Positions 12,889 through 25,441 of a DNA stretch of 63,974 bases are shown in pieces. Below the pieces are notes generated by a model that saw only the letters and a program-made list of their open reading frames with translations, had not been told where the DNA came from and did no database searches. The first letter of the stretch is position 1. Every line of letters starts with the position of its first letter. Position numbers and translations under genes: made by a program. Origin of the DNA: Octopus bimaculoides (lineage: Eukaryota); NCBI RefSeq assembly GCF_001194135.2, contig NC_068981.1, forward strand, positions 26,009,864 to 26,073,837. Direction: 5' to 3'.

Positions 12889-13426
12889 AGGCATTGCTTC
12901 TCATGGCTTCTGATCTTGATTGATTGGAAGTGTTATCATGTACGTTGTTTTGTCTTGGTATAACAGATGGGCTACAGCAAATATTCTGCTTAATACCACA
13001 GATTTGCTTGTCAGTTGTTTGACCTTAACCAGTTGAGCATGTCCCTTGGTGGCTGACGATATGAGCATCTCTGATCATGAGCAGAAGTAGTGGGGGAGCA
13101 TCATAGCCATGTGTTGAGAGGAATTATTTGGGGTTTGAATGATTCACCTTTGGAAACATGGGTGTTTTGGTCAACATTCTTAAACAAACCTTATTCAGGG
13201 ACTTTTTGAGTGGGATGGGCTACTCGACATGAAGAAAATTCTAACTGGGCCCCATCTGCCTGTTCATGCACTGTTTATCTTGATATGAGATCACCATGTC
13301 GCGCGCACCTGGTTGTGATGCATGTGCCTAGTGTATCCTTATCAGACGGGTAGTCATGATGGGTATAATGGGCTTCGTATATTTTACCCCAGTGTCACTT
13401 TGATGGCATTTACTACTCTCTCACTA
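12755..13426 (+). mobile_element. ~670 bp non-coding (TAA)n-flanked element, candidate non-autonomous R4/Dong passenger
   Basis: Bounded by TAA repeats on both sides, with no ORF or RT/RLE motif seen. GC content is higher than the flanks. The first 19 bp are reiterated 7 times. Confidence 0.6.
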
Positions 13427-13457
13427 AATAATAATAATAATAATGATAATAATAAAT

Positions 13458-13946
13458 AGATGCAAATAGGCCAGACATCATACTGAAAGACTTCAAACAA
13501 AAATCAAGCCTCCTCATTGATATGACCGTCCCAATCGATATAAACGTTGTCTGTCAAGACCTACCAAAAACTGAGCAAATATAAAGATCTTGAAATAGAA
13601 ATTAGCAAAATGTAGAACCTGAAGACTACAACAATACCTATGACAATAGGTGCCCTGGGAATGACAGCGAAACGGGCTGATTACTACCTAGATCAGATAC
13701 CAGGAAACCCCAAAATGGCTGAAGTTCAAAAGATAGTGCTCATGGGAACTGTCCATATCCTACGTAAAATACTGTCTATGTGATCTCAAATTTTAAAACA
13801 TTCTCTAGAACAACACTACGTACAAATCCAAATATATGGTACTCTAGGCATAATACCTACATGAACTTCTAACTTGTTGTCTCTTCAGGTCTCTGGATGA
13901 GACTTGGATCCAACTTGTACAAATGCAAAGCAAAAGTCAAACATAA
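13458..13946 (+). mobile_element. R4/Dong-clade 3' fragment, third family
   Basis: DANRPDIILKDFKQKSSLLIDMTVPID...KLSKYKDLEIEISKM...TIGALG...EVQKIVLMGTVHILRKILSM*, then a 3'UTR ending in (TAA)n. Confidence 0.9.
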
Positions 13947-14022
<76 letters not shown>

Positions 14023-14071
14023 GAATGAATGATGATGATGATGGCGATGATGATAATGATGATGATGATGG

Positions 14072-14107
<36 letters not shown>

Positions 14108-14131
14108 CGATGATGATGATGATGATGATGA
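13947..14131. repeat. (TAA)n switching to (TGA)n microsatellite
   Basis: Read directly from the sequence. Confidence 0.95.
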
Positions 14132-15718
14132 TTCAGAACACAGAGCTAGGGTATGATGTGGGAAGTGGTAAAGGGATCTTTAATCACCTGTTATTCATAG
14201 ATGATTTGAAGTTCCCAAAAAGTGAGGCAGAGATGGACAGTCTAGTCCAGTTTTTGCAGATATTCTCAAATGATATGAAAATGGAGTACGGACTTTCGAA
14301 ATGTGCAGGAATTGTGATAAGACGATGTAAGTTTGTCAGAACAGAAGGTATATGCATGCCAAGTGGTGAATTGATGAAGACAATTCAATCTGAACACGGA
14401 TGTAAATACTTGGGAATACCTCGTGCAGATGGAATTAAGCATAATGATATGAAAGAAATACACAACGAAAGATTATCTGCGGCCATTGAAAAATACATTG
14501 AATTCAAAGCTGAATGCCAAAACTATAATTTCAGCAATAAACTCGTGCACAGTCGCACTGGCTCGGTATGGCGCTGGAATTCTGAAGTGGACAGATGAAG
14601 TCAAGGAGTTGGACAGGGAGACAAGAAAGCTCCCGACGATGCATGGGGCCGATATTTCACATGGAAACACCAACCGCCTGTTCATGAAGGGAGCAAATGA
14701 AGGAGACTGATAAGTGTAGAAGACTCTGAGCATATCAGACTTGGGAACCTGGTGAGATATCTATTCCAGAATGAGGAAACCTTGTGAGGGGGAGGTTAGA
14801 GATGAGAGAAAATTCAAATAAGGAAAACAAAAGGAAAGTAGAAAAGACGTACAAGAAGGACATGTAGAAGCACTAAACAACAAGGAGCTACACCCACAAT
14901 CAGCTCCATGAAAACACAGCTGAAGTTGCTGGAAAATACGGGTGGGACTCGTTGAAAAAAAGGGACACTGAGAAAAGAGACCAAAAATACAAACTTTGGC
15001 AGCGCAAGACCAAACTCCGGCCACAAATTCGAGGGTTAACCTTAGGAATGAGTAAGTGTCTCCACTCCACCGCGTCTGTAATAGAAGAGACGAAACAATT
15101 GTCCAAATCATGAACGAATGCCCTCGACTTGCCCCCAAACCTTTATAGGTTGTGGCGAAACGAGTTAGCAAAAGTGATACATTAATAACATTTTAGAAAT
15201 TTGGGTGAGAGAAAAGCAAAACATGCTATGAGCATAAACTGTACGAGGTGGGGGTGAGTCGGAGATCTGCAAAATATTATCTCATTACAAACAGATCAGG
15301 TGCTTGAGCACAACAAGCAGGATCACGTGGTGGTGGAAAATGTGAACCACATCTGCTCTATAATTAATGTTACATGCCCCTTTGGCATGCGAATAGTCAA
15401 GACAGAAGGCGGAAATATAGTCATATACAACCATTTTAAATACGAAATAGCTCGATGGTGGAAAACGAAGAGGGTGAAGGTAGTGCTAATCATTCTTTGA
15501 TTCTTTCGGAGCGTATCAGAAAGCATCAAGAGCAATGTAAAGGAAGTAGAAATAGAATGCACAGTAAAATTGTTGCAAAAACTTTGTTCTTTGGTACTGC
15601 CAGATATTAGAGAGTTGAGAATAATAGATAGCTTGGTAGCGTAGGTTGCAGGTAACAGGCTCACTGTGTATGCAAGACGCCAGGAGTTGCAATAAAACCT
15701 GAGTCAATTAAAAAAACG
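14132..15718 (+). mobile_element. R4/Dong-clade copy (RT C-terminus to RLE), fourth family, decayed
   Basis: NHLLFIDDLK (RT YxDD-equivalent), MEYGLSKCA, KYLGI, KLNAKTIISAINS, RVCNRRDETIVQIMNECPRLA (zinc-knuckle remnant) and the RLE-like QDHVVVENVNHICSIINVTCPF...YEIARWW. Many stops and frameshifts. Confidence 0.88.
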
Positions 15719-15739
15719 AACAACAACAGCAACAACAAT

Positions 15740-15925
15740 AATTTTAGCACAAGGGCCAGTAAGGTCACGGTAAATGGCTAAGCCGATTATATCGACTACA
15801 ATTCTCACCCGATATTTATTTTATCGACATCGAGATAATGAAAAGCAAAAAGTCGACCTTCGTGGCTTTTGTAATCAGAACGCAAAGACGAGCGAAATAC
15901 TTCTAAGATTCTACCAGCTCGCTGC
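15740..15925 (-). mobile_element. SINE family A copy
   Basis: AATTTTAGCACAAGGGCCAG...TTTTATCGAC...AAAAGTCGACCT...GATTCTACCAGCTCGC is the reverse complement of family A. Its tail points into the Dong stack. Confidence 0.7.
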
Positions 15926-16114
15926 TGCTCCATAACAATGATAATAATGATCTTTTCCACCATAGGTACAATGTCTGAAATTTGTTGGGAGGAGACCAGT
16001 TGATGACATGAACTCTTCTGCTCAAATGGCATTTATTTTATCGATTGTGCCTTGATAATAACAACAACAACAACAACAACAATAATAATGATGATGATGA
16101 TGATNNNNNNNNNN

Positions 16115-16150
<36 letters not shown>

Positions 16151-19100
16151 CTTTCATTGGTTACAAGGGCTCAAGACGTGGAGGACAGTATCGAAGTACG
16201 AGTTACAGTACACACGCGTGCGCGCGCGCGCACACACACACACATACAAATAATAATAGTTACAAGGAATGTGCTTGAATTTCTGTAAGAAGAAACAGTA
16301 CAATCTACATATTTTATGTCCTTTCTATCGGAAATAGAACAAAACAAAATGAAATTGTTTTTTTTTTTTTAATTGTTTACTTTCGTCTGTCCTGCATTAT
16401 TTTGATTCGTGCATATTGCGAGGCACAGTTTCAGAAGAATCAAAAACATAAGATGATTCATTTAGTGTATGTCCACAAACAAAATATATACTTCAAGCGC
16501 ATAACGTTTTCATTAATATACCATTTATTATATATAATTTGTAAATTGTCATGTAGAAGTGTTTCATGACAATTTGCTGTCATTGGTGTACCTAAAGACA
16601 TTTAATAGATAAGATTTACCGTCATAAAAACCTATTTAGAGCAGCCATTTATAGATTAGTAGTCGATATAAATTTTCGAGTATGTGATAGTCTTAAGACT
16701 TCATTAAATGTTTGTCTGATTGGCAGCTTAATATATTTCATGTTAAGTACACGGCCATTTTTTAAACGTAAGTAGTGATTCGCAATTTTTTTAGTATGCG
16801 TAAAATTTCGTTCATTTTCGATATTTATCACCTAATATATATGTGGCAACTCTGTAACATTTTAGCACATGAGTTTATTCGTGGAGAATATGAATCTAAC
16901 GCAGTACAGCATATTATTGCTATATTTTTAATTGGTTCAACTTTATCTGTTTAGATATTACAAGTTCGATATAAAGTGCATCCTAAGTACAATTGTTTAG
17001 GATGAAAAATTCCAGTAAATTATAGCAAATTACATCACCGACTATAAACTTTGATAATTTATCATTATGTTTGATGACGAGTACGATTAATGACCAGTAC
17101 AGCTATCTTACTTTGAATGCAGGATAAAAAAAGAAAACGTTTGACATTATGCGTTGCTGATCTACATTAGCACATTTCCTGAAGCTGCATATATACATCA
17201 GCACTATTTTTTCTCAATCTGCTTGATATAGCAGTCACATATCATTTTAAATCACACTCTGTCGTCTCAGAAAAATAGGATAACACACTGGGTAATATAA
17301 TCTTGGATTTACGTTGCCTGACCAAGACGACGTTTCGACAAGTCATGAACGTCATTATTTATAGATATATGTGTTCAAGGTAGAATGATATTAATGAAAT
17401 AATTCTAATTTAATACGTACTGAAAAAGAGACACATGCCCACGTCATTTAGAGAAACTTACAGAAACACATACACTTACGAACAAGCATGTGCATACACA
17501 AGAACACACTTACGCAATCATGCGCGCACACGTGTGTTAGTGTAATATTCATTCTAGTTTCTGCATTTAATTCTTTGCCTAAAATTGTAGTTTACCCATC
17601 TTTTTAAAGGAGAATTTATATATATATNNNNNNNNNNNNNNNNNNNNNNNNNNNNNNNNNNNNNNNNNNNNNNNNNNNNNNNNNNNNNNNNNNNNNNNNN
17701 NNNNNNNNNNNNNNNNNNNNNNNNNNNNNNNNNNNNNNNNNNNNNNNNNNNNNNNNNNNNNNNNNNNNNNNNNNNNNNNNNNNNNNNNNNNNNNNNNNNN
17801 NNNNNNNNNNNNNNNNNNNNNNNNNNNNNNNNNNNNNNNNNNNNNNNNNNNNNNNNNNNNNNNNNNNNNNNNNNNNNNNNNNNNNNNNNNNNNNNNNNNN
17901 NNNNNNNNNNNNNNNNNNNNNNNNNNNNNNNNNNNNNNNNNNNNNNNNNNNNNNNNNNNNNNNNNNNNNNNNNNNNNNNNNNNNNNNNNNNNNNNNNNNN
18001 NNNNNNNNNNNNNNNNNNNNNNNNNNNNNNNNNNNNNNNNNNNNNNNNNNNNNNNNNNNNNNNNNNNNNNNNNNNNNNNNNNNNNNNNNNNNNNNNNNNN
18101 NNNNNNNNNNNNNNNNNNNNNNNNNNNNNNNNNNNNNNNNNNNNNNNNNNNNNNNNNNNNNNNNNNNNNNNNNNNNNNNNNNNNNNNNNNNNNNNNNNNN
18201 NNNNNNNNNNNNNNNNNNNNNNNNNNNNNNNNNNNNNNNNNNNNNNNNNNNNNNNTGTGTGTGTGTGTGTGTGTGTGTGTGTGAGTGTGTGCGTGCGTGC
18301 GGGAGTGTGTGCACAAGCGTGTATGTGTGGGTGATCCACCCCAAAAAAACACAAAAATCATACACTCGAAGTAAAAGAACAGCAAATGGAAAGTCTTAAA
18401 CGTTTCAAGCGTAACATACTATACCTGTATATATATATTACTTATAGCATTAAGCACAATTAGATACTCAGTTCTATAAAATGAAACCATGCCTTTCATA
18501 TTACCAGCTAATAGCAATATCAATTAATATATCTTGTTTACTATTCATGCCATCGGTTTAGTCAAGTGTTTTCGTAATATTGGTTAGAATAGGTTTTGCG
18601 TAGGCGGCGGCGGGGCTTTTCTTCTTTAAAAATGCTTTCCTTACAGGAAATGTTAGAATCTCGTATTCTTCGTTCTGTTTATGCTTCCTAAACAGTGTGC
18701 AGATGGGGCTGATTTTATTAATCAATGTAAAATATCTTATTATTATTCTTTTCTGTTTTCGGTGTATTAAAAAGACACTGCAATGAATTGCTAATCAATT
18801 CTATGGAGATCAATATCACAGTAATTGATTTTTCTCTGTCATGACTGTATAACAACCTTTTTCTTAAATATCTTTTTAGCCCGTCTCCTTAAAAGCAAAA
18901 ATACTCTTCGCAATAGACAGCGCGGTGTGAAGAAAAACATTACTTCCTTTATCTAAAATAAAATTAAAGTAAAAGCAATCCTCTCTTATTGTTTGAAATT
19001 GACTGATGTTCCATTTTGTTATCTTTTATTGAGTATTTCTTTCACATCTCCTGATGGGTCTTCACATTCGTCTTCACTTTGTCTCTGTCTTTCAGAATGT

Positions 19101-19949
19101 CTGTCTGCCCTATGCTCTCTCTATCATATCCACTCTTTAAATCACTCTTTCTCATTGCATCTATAGCTATTTGCTGAGTTTATATTCTTATTCATATAGT
19201 TGAAGTGAATCATTGATTAGATCGTTGCACCCTCTTTCTCTTCTTAAGTCTAACGAAAATGTTATTGTTCACGAATGCATATAATTAATAAAAATGTTTT
19301 GGAAAGTGTACAAGTGTTTTCTTGATACATTCACGCACAAATGCATACAAACACATACATGCTTCGTCCTCACCGTTATACATACGCATTTCTTGCTACA
19401 GTGGGCCGGATGGTTGTTATGGTCGAATTTACTTTATTCGTAGCTACCTCCTTCGTATACAACGTATGGGGGACAGGATTCATTTCCACATTTTTTCTTT
19501 TTGTTTCGTTTTCTCACAGTTGGATGCCCTTTCTTCCACAAGACATTTCATAGTGTATGTCTATCGTGGCCCGCAGTATTAGAAATTTTGCCATATCCTT
19601 GTTAAGAGTGAATGATCTTTTAACCAATGCCATCTTCATTAATATGCCAACAATTTTACATGGTGTTTCGGCTTTATTTTGCTATGATGCACAATTTAAT
19701 GATGTTGCCTTGTATTCTCTCAGATTGTAGAGTTCTCTCGCTCTACTATGGCGTTAGGTCAAGTCATCCACTGAGAAACTAAGTAGTAGGGTCACTAATG
19801 ACAGAAAACGCAAAATTCGAAAATATACTGGTAGAAAGAGAGTGATGATTTTGAGTGGGTGACAGTATGAGAGAGACTGCCAATCTTAGTTTCACCAACA
19901 GCAAATTATAGTGAAGAGAAGGGAGGAAACAGAAATGAGTGAAAGGAGG

Positions 19950-21480
19950 ACGATAGGTTTTCTTATCTCTTCTGCAAGACATAACATCATAAGATTTGTC
20001 TTCTCTACTTAATCCTATGTCTTCCGGTTTAACTATCTCCCATATTTTCTTTGAAATTTCAGCGCCCTTCAGTTTTCTTATACAGCTATCATATATACAT
20101 ACTCAACACATGCCCATACTAACAGACCTCCCTCTTGTAAAATATATCTGACTCCTCCTTTGCATATTTTTCTCTCTGCTCACATTTCCCTCTTTCTAAA
20201 TTATATATCTATCGGAGTATACAATCGTAATTATTTCATAGTCTTCGCAAATCATCTGCACTTCATGTACAATCAACATACACTCTACCTTTCACTCTGA
20301 GAGAGAAACCCTTTGTAGCTAGTATAAGTAAAAATACCCTGAACTTCTAATCTAATTTTATTCTGGCTACCATACTTTCGGTAATATGATTTCTCCTAGG
20401 TCTGGAATTTCTTCTCTAATTCTACCACAAAATTCACTTATAGGAACTAGGTCATCGATATAGAAGCGTTTCCTCAGAAAGACAGGCTTAAGATGCTCTC
20501 TCATGTCCTAGATATCTGTGATGAGTAAAAGCGGCGAATTTAACCTGCAGGCAGAAGCTCAGATGGTCTCATACCTTCACTCTAAAACTCGTTGTGGTGC
20601 ATAATGCTAAATCTTTGCTTGCTGATCGACAATTCTCTACATGGCTTCTTTTCATAAACCATTCATTAAACTCTGGTTGCATAGGGACTCACAGATAACA
20701 GAATGTGGAATCCAGTCGAAGGCATGTTTTAAATCTGCGGACTCTAGGTTTATATGCTTATTGCCTTCATCCTAAGTATCCCAGTCATTGTCTCATTAGA
20801 AATATGGCAACAGTAGTTCCTTTTCATGGCACAAAACCAAACTGCATCTCATCTAGATAAATAACGTTTTCAATAATTCGACTTGATCTCTTTCATAATC
20901 TTGTCCAGTAATTTGATAATTTGATGCTTTTATAGCGACGACAGTCATTTTCTGCATGATACTTGATCTTCTTTAGTAACTATGTAGGTGACGGATCCGT
21001 ATCCTATTTCATCATATACACTATGCTTTTCGGTGGTGATTTTCTAAGGACCGACAGCTTCACTTTAGTTATCTTTATTTTTGTACCATGAACGGCAAAC
21101 CCCTTCGTTGGGGTTTTGAAGTGGAATCTTTCTTTCTCTTGCACTCATGCTTCCATGAGTTTCCACATTGAAGGCATTAGCATACCTCTGCCCCTTTTCG
21201 GCGTTTGTCAATACAAGTGTACTGTGATCATTCTCTTCACACTTCTCTGCTATGGCTCCAAAATGCTTAGCGTACTGCATCAAGTCTTATCCCTGCCCCT
21301 CACGTCACTGAAGAATAGCAGGCCTCTGACTTTCTACCTCGGTTCTTCCTAGGTATGCACCACATCTAACCTCTCTTCCAACTGTTTCTCATTCCCTTCA
21401 AGGCCTGTATCTTAGCTTTTGTGACTACATCTGCAGTTCTATTTTTTCACCTTCTGCACTTCCGACAGTATAAATAAATG
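19950..21480 (-). mobile_element. RTE-clade LINE ORF remnant (RT and C-terminal region)
   Basis: Minus-strand pieces include ESADLKHAFDWIPH (DxxKAFD motif, ~20710-20750), ETLLY-DDLVPISE (LLYADDL motif, ~20433-20475) and a YGHV motif (~20110-20120). Heavily disrupted. Confidence 0.75.
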
Positions 21481-21949
21481 TTGACATTGTCCACAAAAAT
21501 CAAGAATTAATTTCTGATGCCAAGCGCTTTTACTAAGAGATGCAAAGATAAAATGATACAGTAGTAACCCATGTGTTCAGATGTGCAAGACTAGTTTTTG
21601 ATTCCGTAAAAAACCTGTTAATTGAATCGGGTTCAGATTTTCTACAACATTAAATTTTATGCTGTAGCTTGTGTATGCGAAGAATATATGTTTCCTACTT
21701 CATATTTACCATTTTCACTCTTTATGTTCCCGAAGAAAATGTTCTTAGTGAGTCAGTCTTCATGGCTTTAGGAGGGGGTGAATATATAAAACTTTTCTAA
21801 AATATTATTTATCTCTAACTTCAGACTATCGATGAAAGTCATTGTCCGAAACGTTATTTATTCTTTCCCTTCACTGCACATTAACATATCCACTTTTATA
21901 TTTTTACGATTGTATTTTCCCCATTCATTAAAATCGCTACAGACTACCA

Positions 21950-22500
21950 CTGGCTTGCATTTTCTAGTGATATTCCTTGTTTAGGCTTCATGTTTGTACT
22001 CCCTTTTTCGTTTTATTTTTTGTGTTTATTGGGAATAGATTTTTCTGTCATTTGTTACATTCTTCAAAAGCTGTTTATGGTGGGTAGCTTTTTAATGTTT
22101 CAGATAAAATTTTGTTTTTTAAATTTTATCTTATCAACAGATATGTAAATGTGATCAGATTATATATTTTTTATTGTTTTGATATCTGAATGTAGAAGGT
22201 CTCAAGAGTTATTGTCTAACTTTTGCCGTCTTTATAATGTTGGTGAGGTCGGATTTAAATAGCTCTCTTTCTTTGTTCCATTATACGTTTTTTGTTTGTG
22301 TTCTAAGACAAAATACTTTTCATTGTGTAGCTGAGGGAGGAGACGTCTCGATGTTTTCTCAATGGTATATCTATACAAGAATTTCGCCACAGAGACTTTT
22401 TTGGGAACTTTAAATACCAAAGGTTTCACTATCTTAGTTCTATTCAATCATACTTTTTTATTGATCGCTATAAATTGTTAAAAGATTTATTCCCTTATAA
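21950..22500 (-). mobile_element. Penelope-like element N-terminal remnant
   Basis: Minus-strand pieces (an ETFG...K segment, ELFKSDLTNIIKTAKVR, DIKTIKN, YISVDK) resemble the pre-RT region of Penelope-like ORFs. Confidence 0.5.
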
Positions 22501-23796
22501 ACAAAAAGATGATAGATCTGTCTAGCTTTGATCAGTTTTTGTTTTTGAAGAGACAAAGTTTAGAATGCATTATTTATTATGCATTATAACATATTAAATA
22601 TCAGTCTTTAATCTGCAGTACTCGCACCTAAAAAAATGTTCTGAAAATTTTTATTATTATTTTTATTTTTATCTTTTTGATTTTGTGGCTTTCTTTACTA
22701 TAATCCGCTTCACCACAAATAATGAAATAATTCCAAAGTTTTGCTAGAAGTATTTTCAAAAATAAATGTAACATATGCCATTTCCAATTCTTAGAACTAT
22801 TATTGATACTGACCATCATTTTCCCCCGAAAAGATTAGGTTTCTCATCAGATATTATACCCCTGATCGTATTTGACATTCACTGGAGTATACCTCTTTAA
22901 TTGTGCACGTCTTTCGTAAAGTTATTTTATACGTACTGATAACCATTATTACGTATTCAGTCTTTACAATGTCAGATTTGATATATATATCAGTATGTTA
23001 TCCGATTGACGAAACAAATAGAGTTATATTATATTGTATTTAAAGAAATTTCAATTGAAAATAGTTTTTAGTTTGGCTTTGTAATTCTTGTGCATCCAAC
23101 AACTCACTGACTCATACAAAATATTACTAATTAAAATTGCTACCGCACCCATGGGTTGGAGACCACCTCATCCTTCACGTTAAATATTTCTGTTCTGATG
23201 ATGTTGCATAAAATTTAGAACGATTTAGCAGCGACACCAGTTGATCCTATCTCTACCAGTTAAAAGGGGATGTAGGTAACAGCGGCGAACCTGGGGATAT
23301 ATGGTTACAGCGGCATCATGGATCAATGAATGATCCGAGATATCAGGAAAATGCCTCATCCTATCATGAGCCATCGCAGCAGCCAATCCGCTGAAATCTA
23401 AAGTTGCGGACATGCATTACACGCTAGAGATTACTCGATTTATACAGTATGTTCTGAACCTTCGGAAACATCTTTCGGCATTGAAACTGCGCAACCGTGC
23501 ACGCTAATTTTGAGTTTAATCTTACAATCAACACATACACCTTAACTTTTGATTTACTCCGAAGCTTATGCTGATATCCACAGTAAGCCGGAGGGCATCA
23601 CTGTCCACCTTACTGCCGCCACGGTATTCAAGAAGGCAACTAAATGAGCCATTGGTTGGAAACATTTTAATCGATATTTTTTTTCTTTTACTATCTATTA
23701 CACACTCTCTTAATACACGTATTTATATGTATATAATATTAATGATATAAACGTGCGTGTGTGTCAGCGCGTGTGTATATGTGTGTATGTTCACTT

Positions 23797-23876
<80 letters not shown>

Positions 23877-24709
23877 GGTAAACATGCATATCAATACATC
23901 TATAATACTTGGTAAAATACATGAAAATCTGTTAAAGTACACGATTATATAAAGACAATCCCACACATCCGAAGATAACGTTTGCGTCGGCATACACAAG
24001 CTCTAGTCAAATCATATCACACTGTTTTCAAGGATAAAATAGTTTATAAAGCGACGAAGTCGTTGTTCTTCATGCAAAATACTGGTATACATTGTGTATC
24101 ACCCCTAAGATTATACGATTACATTTACGACTATAACTATGGCGCTTAACACGTCAACCCCTTTCAGCGATGTCAGAATAATATTGGTATGAAAAGCTAT
24201 GCTATAAAACATTAGGGTTTTACTTTTTTCATGTCAATTTCTATTTGACCAAAAGGACAAATACATTCACGATGTAACAAATATACCTATACAAATTAAA
24301 ACTATTAAAGAAATAACGACACTGATACATTTAAATATCATAGCAGTAGATTAAGTGATAATATCTGGATCAGTCACAAAAGGCTTATCTTGTTAAAAGA
24401 TGCAGAACGCACAAACAAATAACACACACACATGCACTTACATGAAGATGTGAATATCTTTTTTAAACCAGTGAAGAAGACAACATTAACAAACAGCTTC
24501 TTCAAAATCTCCGTCTTACTGAGAGAAAACAAAAACAGGTTTTTATTTCTACAACACATTACTAGTGCAGTTATGTTACTAAATGTCTAAATTGCCATCT
24601 CGGAATGTAGATTTCTTGCTTTCAAACGAAATTTCGTGCATTTTTCAAATGTAATGTATAAGAATAACTGTGACTATATAGGAAATTTCTTAAAATTCAA
24701 CGTATAAAT

Positions 24710-25003
24710 GGCGTGGATATGTGGTAAAAAGTTTGCTTCCCAACCACATTGTTCCGGGTTCAGTCCCACTGTGAAGAACCTTGAGAGAGTGCCTTCTACC
24801 TAGTCAAGTTAAAGGTTTGTGTGTGGATTCGGTAGACGCAAATTGAAAGAAACCAGTCATATATTTATATATATAAAAGTTTATCAGAATTACTTAATAC
24901 AGTTTTGAAGTGTAAAGGTAATTTTCTTTTCATAAAAATTATTTTAAAAAAATGTTATAAAATCTTTTTTTAGAAGTATGTGACCGCTTTCAATTAACCC
25001 TTT

Positions 25004-25039
<36 letters not shown>

Positions 25040-25290
25040 TAACTATACATACATATGTGTGTTTGTGTCTGCGTTTGTACCTGAATTCTCTCCACCTCAC
25101 AGCTTGACAATCTGTGTTTGTTTGCTTTTCTCTAACTTAGCGGCTCGTCAAAAAGTGTCCGATAAAATAAGTACTAGGCATAAAAGGAAAAATATTGGTG
25201 TCAATTCATTCGGCTAAAAAAAAACAAAAAAACTTCCAAGCGGTGCCCTTGCATGGCAGCAGTCAAATGACTTAAACAAGTAAGATGAAA
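24710..25290 (+). mobile_element. SINE family B, both halves separated by an expanded internal microsatellite/AT-rich segment
   Basis: The head GTGGTAAAAAGTTTGCTTCCCAACCAC...CCGGGTTCAGTCCCACTG has a B-box-like GGTTCAGTCC. The 3' half reads GATAAAATAAGTACTAGGC...GCATGGCAGCAGTCAAATGACTTAAACAAG. Confidence 0.75.
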
Positions 25291-25410
25291 AAAACGAATG
25301 ATAGATGAACTCGTCAGCTATATTGTTAACTGAATTCCTGTGATGCAATTAATTCCTTCTTTCACAAAGAATTCAAATAAATAAAGGGAAAACGACTACA
25401 TGCATTCCCG

Positions 25411-25441
<31 letters not shown>

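Noticed and set aside
14029-14598. 189-aa ORF as a host gene
   Set aside because: The N-terminus is (ATG)n microsatellite and the rest is an R4/Dong RT fragment.
24710-24790. tRNA genes at the SINE heads
   Set aside because: They have A/B-box-like motifs but no complete cloverleaf, and they continue into SINE bodies.
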